A stretch of 60,000 nt of DNA from a virus (taxonomy: Duplodnaviria > Caudoviricetes): positions 1-60,000 of the IMG/VR virus record IMGVR_UViG_3300032246_001735; one strand, given 5' to 3'. How positions within the stretch are numbered: position 1 is the stretch's first letter; every line of letters begins with the position of its first letter. The notes beneath the pieces were generated by a model. It did not search any database. It saw only the letters and a list, made by a program, of their open reading frames with translations, and was not told the DNA's origin. Shown piece after piece: positions 57,213 to 60,000 of this stretch. The translations under genes were made by a program, and so were the position numbers.

Positions 57213-57377
57213 ATGAAAGATTGGTTCAATACTCGCTACAGTGTACAAGAGCTGCGTACTATGATCGCAGACCATCCACAGTGGATCTATCGTGAAGTGC
57301 CTGAGAATATGGGCCGCTGTCGGTTGGCCGCAGAGTTGGAGCGGTTGGATCAAGAACTAGAGGAGCAGGCCCTGTGA
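57213..57377 (+). CDS. Hypothetical protein
   Basis: Start refined to MKDWFN, after GGAG. Confidence 0.6.
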   Translation: MKDWFNTRYSVQELRTMIADHPQWIYREVPENMGRCRLAAELERLDQELEEQAL

Positions 57378-57613
57378 GGATTCCGTCGGGTCCTGTAGAC
57401 AAGGCTCTTAAATGGACCGCCACTGCGATCTTGATTGTAGGATCGCTGATCAACGGTTTGGGCTATTATCCTTGGGGTCCATTAATCCTCACAGCAGGCG
57501 GAGCCGTTTGGCTCATAGTGGCCTGTCGGTGGCGTGAACCCAGTATGATCGTGACCAATGCTGTTATGTTTGTGGCGGGCGCTGGCGGTTTGCTGTTTAA
57601 TCTCATTAAGTGA
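57374..57613 (+). CDS. Small membrane protein (about 3 transmembrane helices)
   Basis: KWTAT..LI.G..YPW..W..WREPS.IV.N; GTG start after GAGGAG. Confidence 0.7.
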   Translation: MRIPSGPVDKALKWTATAILIVGSLINGLGYYPWGPLILTAGGAVWLIVACRWREPSMIVTNAVMFVAGAGGLLFNLIK

Positions 57614-57651
57614 AGTGCCGGGGTGTTGTAGAAATACAACAGAGATTTTGG

Positions 57652-57709
57652 TTGACAAGACAGAACAGATCCGCTATAATCATTGAACACTAACAGCACG
57701 GAGCACAAG
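57652..57709 (+). promoter_or_regulatory. Promoter/leader cassette P16
   Basis: TTGACA(57652)-N17-TATAAT(57675)-CATTGAACACTAACAGCACGGAGC; palindrome at 57624-57641. Confidence 0.9.
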
Positions 57710-57931
57710 ATGACAGACTTTCAAGACCGCGACAACGACAACTTAGACTTCCTGCTCAGCCTGGACCAAGCAGGCCTGGTTGTTTGGTTCATGCAGGCCA
57801 CAGCCGATGACGTTGCTTATGCTATGGAACTGATGGCCCGGCACAGCGAGGAGTTGGCCATTGAGCAGACTCTTAACACCACGGAGTGGATCGAATCCAA
57901 TGTGGTGCTGGAACGTTTTCGTTTACACTGA
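57710..57931 (+). CDS. Acidic hypothetical protein
   Basis: Start refined to MTDFQD; D.DNL.FLLS..W..DD..YA.EL. Confidence 0.7.
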   Translation: MTDFQDRDNDNLDFLLSLDQAGLVVWFMQATADDVAYAMELMARHSEELAIEQTLNTTEWIESNVVLERFRLH

Positions 57932-57958
57932 TTCACACTAACAGCCTGGAGCAACTAA

Positions 57959-58387
57959 ATGGGAACTCGTAGCGCAATCGGTATGCAGTTTGGCAACATC
58001 GTCAAAGCAGTCTACTGCCACTGGGATGGTTATCCAGAGTATGTGGGTGCAATACTGCACAAGTATTACAACAGAACCAAGACTGCACACCTGCTCAGTC
58101 TGGGCAATCTCAGTTCGCTGGGTGAACTTATTGAACCCGATCCGGAATTTCCGCACTCATTCGAGCACAGGCAGAAAGATGTGTGCGTGTTCTACGGTCG
58201 AGACCGAGATGAATCAGGTAATGAGTATCAGGTGTTTGACACAGTGGATCTATTCAAGCAAGACTTTGGTTCAGGTGTAGAATACTTGTACCTACTGACC
58301 ACTGATGGCAACTGGGTGGTTGCTACAGATGACAGTTACTCTAATTGGCAACTGTTGGCTGATGTGCTAGAACAAGAAGAGGCCTGA
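57959..58387 (+). CDS. Hypothetical phage protein (TRS..YCHWDGY type)
   Basis: MGTRSAIG..VYCHWDGYP..VG..L..Y; leader remnant CACTAACAGCCTGGAGCA upstream. Confidence 0.75.
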   Translation: MGTRSAIGMQFGNIVKAVYCHWDGYPEYVGAILHKYYNRTKTAHLLSLGNLSSLGELIEPDPEFPHSFEHRQKDVCVFYGRDRDESGNEYQVFDTVDLFKQDFGSGVEYLYLLTTDGNWVVATDDSYSNWQLLADVLEQEEA

Positions 58388-58388
58388 T

Positions 58389-58595
58389 ATGAACAAGATC
58401 GAAAAGAAGATCCTATCTGCACTAGAAGATCAAGACATCCTAGATGTATACTTTGATTCTGGGCGATTGATCTATATGAATGATTGGGACGGGAGTGCCG
58501 TTCGAAAGACCGTTCAAGACCAATTCCCCCAATTCGATCCCTCAAATATTATCTATGATGAGGAGCCGGAATACTTTGGAAAAATTGGTTACTAA
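58389..58595 (+). CDS. Small acidic hypothetical protein
   Basis: 68 aa, GAGG RBS. Confidence 0.6.
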   Translation: MNKIEKKILSALEDQDILDVYFDSGRLIYMNDWDGSAVRKTVQDQFPQFDPSNIIYDEEPEYFGKIGY

Positions 58596-58601
58596 AAACG
58601 G

Positions 58602-58630
58602 TTGACCATTCGAATAGAATACTGTATAAT
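58602..58630 (+). promoter_or_regulatory. Promoter P17 (no cassette leader)
   Basis: TTGACC-N17-TATAAT. Confidence 0.82.
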
Positions 58631-58687
58631 ATTATTAATGCGAGATAATTCGCAGTCACACACAACACACACAGAAAGGATTTAATT

Positions 58688-59092
58688 ATGTCACAGTTTA
58701 CATATGCAGGTGTTTCCAGGCACAAAGGCGAGTTCAAAGTTCGATTTGCCAATGATCAGATGCGGGTCAAAGTTCTAGCCAAGAACGATCATACTGATAT
58801 TGACATCATTGCTCTTCCGGACGCAATGACCAAAGAGGCCGCTGTGGCCTACCTAACCCAGATCGCATTCTGGGACAAGGGTGGTGTAGTCAATGCTGAA
58901 GTCCGTGCTGCTATTGAAGCAGAGCAGACCAAACGTGAACCCAAGGCTGCTAGCAAGGACAAGCCCAAGAAAGAGGCCAAGAAGCCCAAGAAAGAAGTTC
59001 CCGCTAAGGCGATCACGCTGGACGCTATCAAGGCCAAAGCACCCAAGGTTGCCAAGCCCAATCTAGAAGACCTAGAAGAGGCTCCGTTCTAA
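58688..59092 (+). CDS. Hypothetical protein with Lys/Ala/Pro-rich C-terminal tail
   Basis: AAGGA RBS; YAGVS..KVRFAND..; KPKKEAKKPKK tail. Confidence 0.75.
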   Translation: MSQFTYAGVSRHKGEFKVRFANDQMRVKVLAKNDHTDIDIIALPDAMTKEAAVAYLTQIAFWDKGGVVNAEVRAAIEAEQTKREPKAASKDKPKKEAKKPKKEVPAKAITLDAIKAKAPKVAKPNLEDLEEAPF

Positions 59093-59179
59093 ATCTAAAT
59101 ACCCCTGGGGCTGATACTTGTAAATAATCAAACGCAAGTATCTACTCTTTAGCGGGGTATTTAGAAATGGGTAGGGACA

Positions 59180-59503
59180 ATGGGAAAATTGACTATACTG
59201 ACTAGATCATCTGTAAGGTTTGATCCCCGGGATCCAACTCATAGGTTATACTATTATCAGTACATACGAACAAATAGACAGGGCGAATGTCCTGTAAGAT
59301 TTACCACAGTGCAGGATGATCAGGGCAATATGGTAGAGAAGGTACGCAGAATGCTCTGCGATTACTATACTGGCCTTGAGTTTCAGATGTATCAAGAACG
59401 AGATCCAAATTCTTTTACAGTTCGAGAAGAAAGAATCATCGCAGCAGAAATTCCGGATGAAATCCCCACACTGACAGATACAATTGGTGAAACTGATAGT
59501 TGA
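59180..59503 (+). CDS. Hypothetical protein
   Basis: 107 aa; V.FDP..HR..Y..CP..F. Confidence 0.6.
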   Translation: MGKLTILTRSSVRFDPRDPTHRLYYYQYIRTNRQGECPVRFTTVQDDQGNMVEKVRRMLCDYYTGLEFQMYQERDPNSFTVREERIIAAEIPDEIPTLTDTIGETDS

Positions 59504-59574
59504 TTAACTGTGTTAATATGTGTAATATTATTAGACACTGCACAGCGCAGTTAAAGAACAAAAAGGAAAACAAA

Positions 59575-59817
59575 ATGAGTTTCACGCAAATTAAAACTAC
59601 ACAGAAAGAGTTTCTAGAAGATTATCTACGTGGTACAGGTCGCACTCTATCAGGTGCCCAAGCCCGTGCTACATTTGGTATCATGAACCTTCGTGCTCGA
59701 GTATCGGAACTGCGTAAAGCAGGTCTACGAGTTCGTCGTGAACGTAACACGGAAGGCCGCAGCACATACGCAATCAGTGCTCGCGATGTTACCGGTAGCC
59801 GCAGCAACCTATTCTGA
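59575..59817 (+). CDS. Small winged helix-turn-helix DNA-binding protein
   Basis: Start refined to MSFTQ, after AAGGA; L..YL..G.TLS..QA..FGI.NL.ARVSELRK.G..V..Y. Confidence 0.72.
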   Translation: MSFTQIKTTQKEFLEDYLRGTGRTLSGAQARATFGIMNLRARVSELRKAGLRVRRERNTEGRSTYAISARDVTGSRSNLF

Positions 59818-59897
59818 GTAGAACCAGTCGCTCCGAAGTCCGGGGGTAGTGTCCCGGCAAACTGGAAGGGTCCCGCTGGGAAGCGTCGACCCTTCCG

Positions 59898-60000
59898 CCT
59901 TCTTCTGGTGTTGTGCCTCTACGACACCCCTTCTTCTGGTGTTGTGCCTCTACGACACCCCTTCTTCTGGTGTTGTGCCTCTACGACACCCCTTCTTCTG
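59898..60000. repeat. Perfect 31-bp tandem repeat, at least 3.3 copies, truncated by the window edge
   Basis: Unit CCTTCTTCTGGTGTTGTGCCTCTACGACACC, with no spacers. Confidence 0.92.

Noticed and set aside
49822-57709. Family of proteins sharing an MNTN/MNTR N-terminus (ORF track)
   Set aside because: These come from the TTG in the conserved leader TTGAACACT, which lies at or before the expected transcription start and has no RBS. The real starts follow the GGAG motif downstream, and the TTG is not in frame in every cassette.
50101-57709. CsrA/RsmA-binding sites (ANGGA) in the cassette leaders
   Set aside because: The motif is fully explained as the Shine-Dalgarno sequence, the flanking stems are only about 2 bp, and there is one site per leader. 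It cannot be supported from sequence alone.
49416-58630. True integron with attC sites
   Set aside because: No tyrosine recombinase is present, GTTGACA does not fit GTTRRRY, and the repeats are promoters rather than attC-type long hairpins.
59898-60000. CRISPR array
   Set aside because: The 31-bp units are head-to-tail with no unique spacers, and no cas genes are in the window.
1-60000. tRNA or rRNA genes
   Set aside because: No cloverleaf with T-loop GTTCRA and acceptor stem, and no rRNA-like segment, was recognised in the intergenic regions. A tRNAscan-SE run would be decisive.

Overview
This window looks like a segment of a large lytic tailed-phage (jumbo/T4-like myovirus) genome. It has no rRNA, tRNA, CRISPR array, integrase or reverse transcriptase that I can support. 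A Betaproteobacterial host is suggested by two Bug/TctC genes; this is inference only. Four blocks are visible. (1) 1-29.7 kb, minus strand: a late module of tail and fibre genes (gp9/10-like, Mtd_N-like, LamG, cupredoxin-like and glycine-rich proteins, a chaperone and a 14-repeat RCC1 protein). It is followed by GT9, sulfotransferase and methyltransferase genes and interrupted by a methyltransferase / PaaK-like ligase / Bug / outer-membrane barrel insert. (2) 29.7-36.2 kb: HNH nuclease, IF-1, ATP-dependent DNA ligase, two SleB-like cell-wall hydrolases and a HAD nucleotidase. (3) 36.2-48.3 kb: a cluster of paralogous GT-like and SGNH-like genes plus a radical SAM enzyme; one gene is frameshifted at an A8 tract. 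(4) 48.3-60 kb: about 1 kb of repeat-rich non-coding DNA at the strand switch, then a plus-strand array of 17 near-consensus sigma70 promoters, most carrying a shared leader and driving small, often very acidic ORFs. A recurrent 18-bp palindrome (TGTKGY-N6-RCMACA) sits at conserved spacing upstream of several promoters. It reappears as a 31-bp tandem array downstream of a winged-HTH gene. This cassette/operator/HTH arrangement is the most striking candidate system. All calls are by eye; no database search was run.
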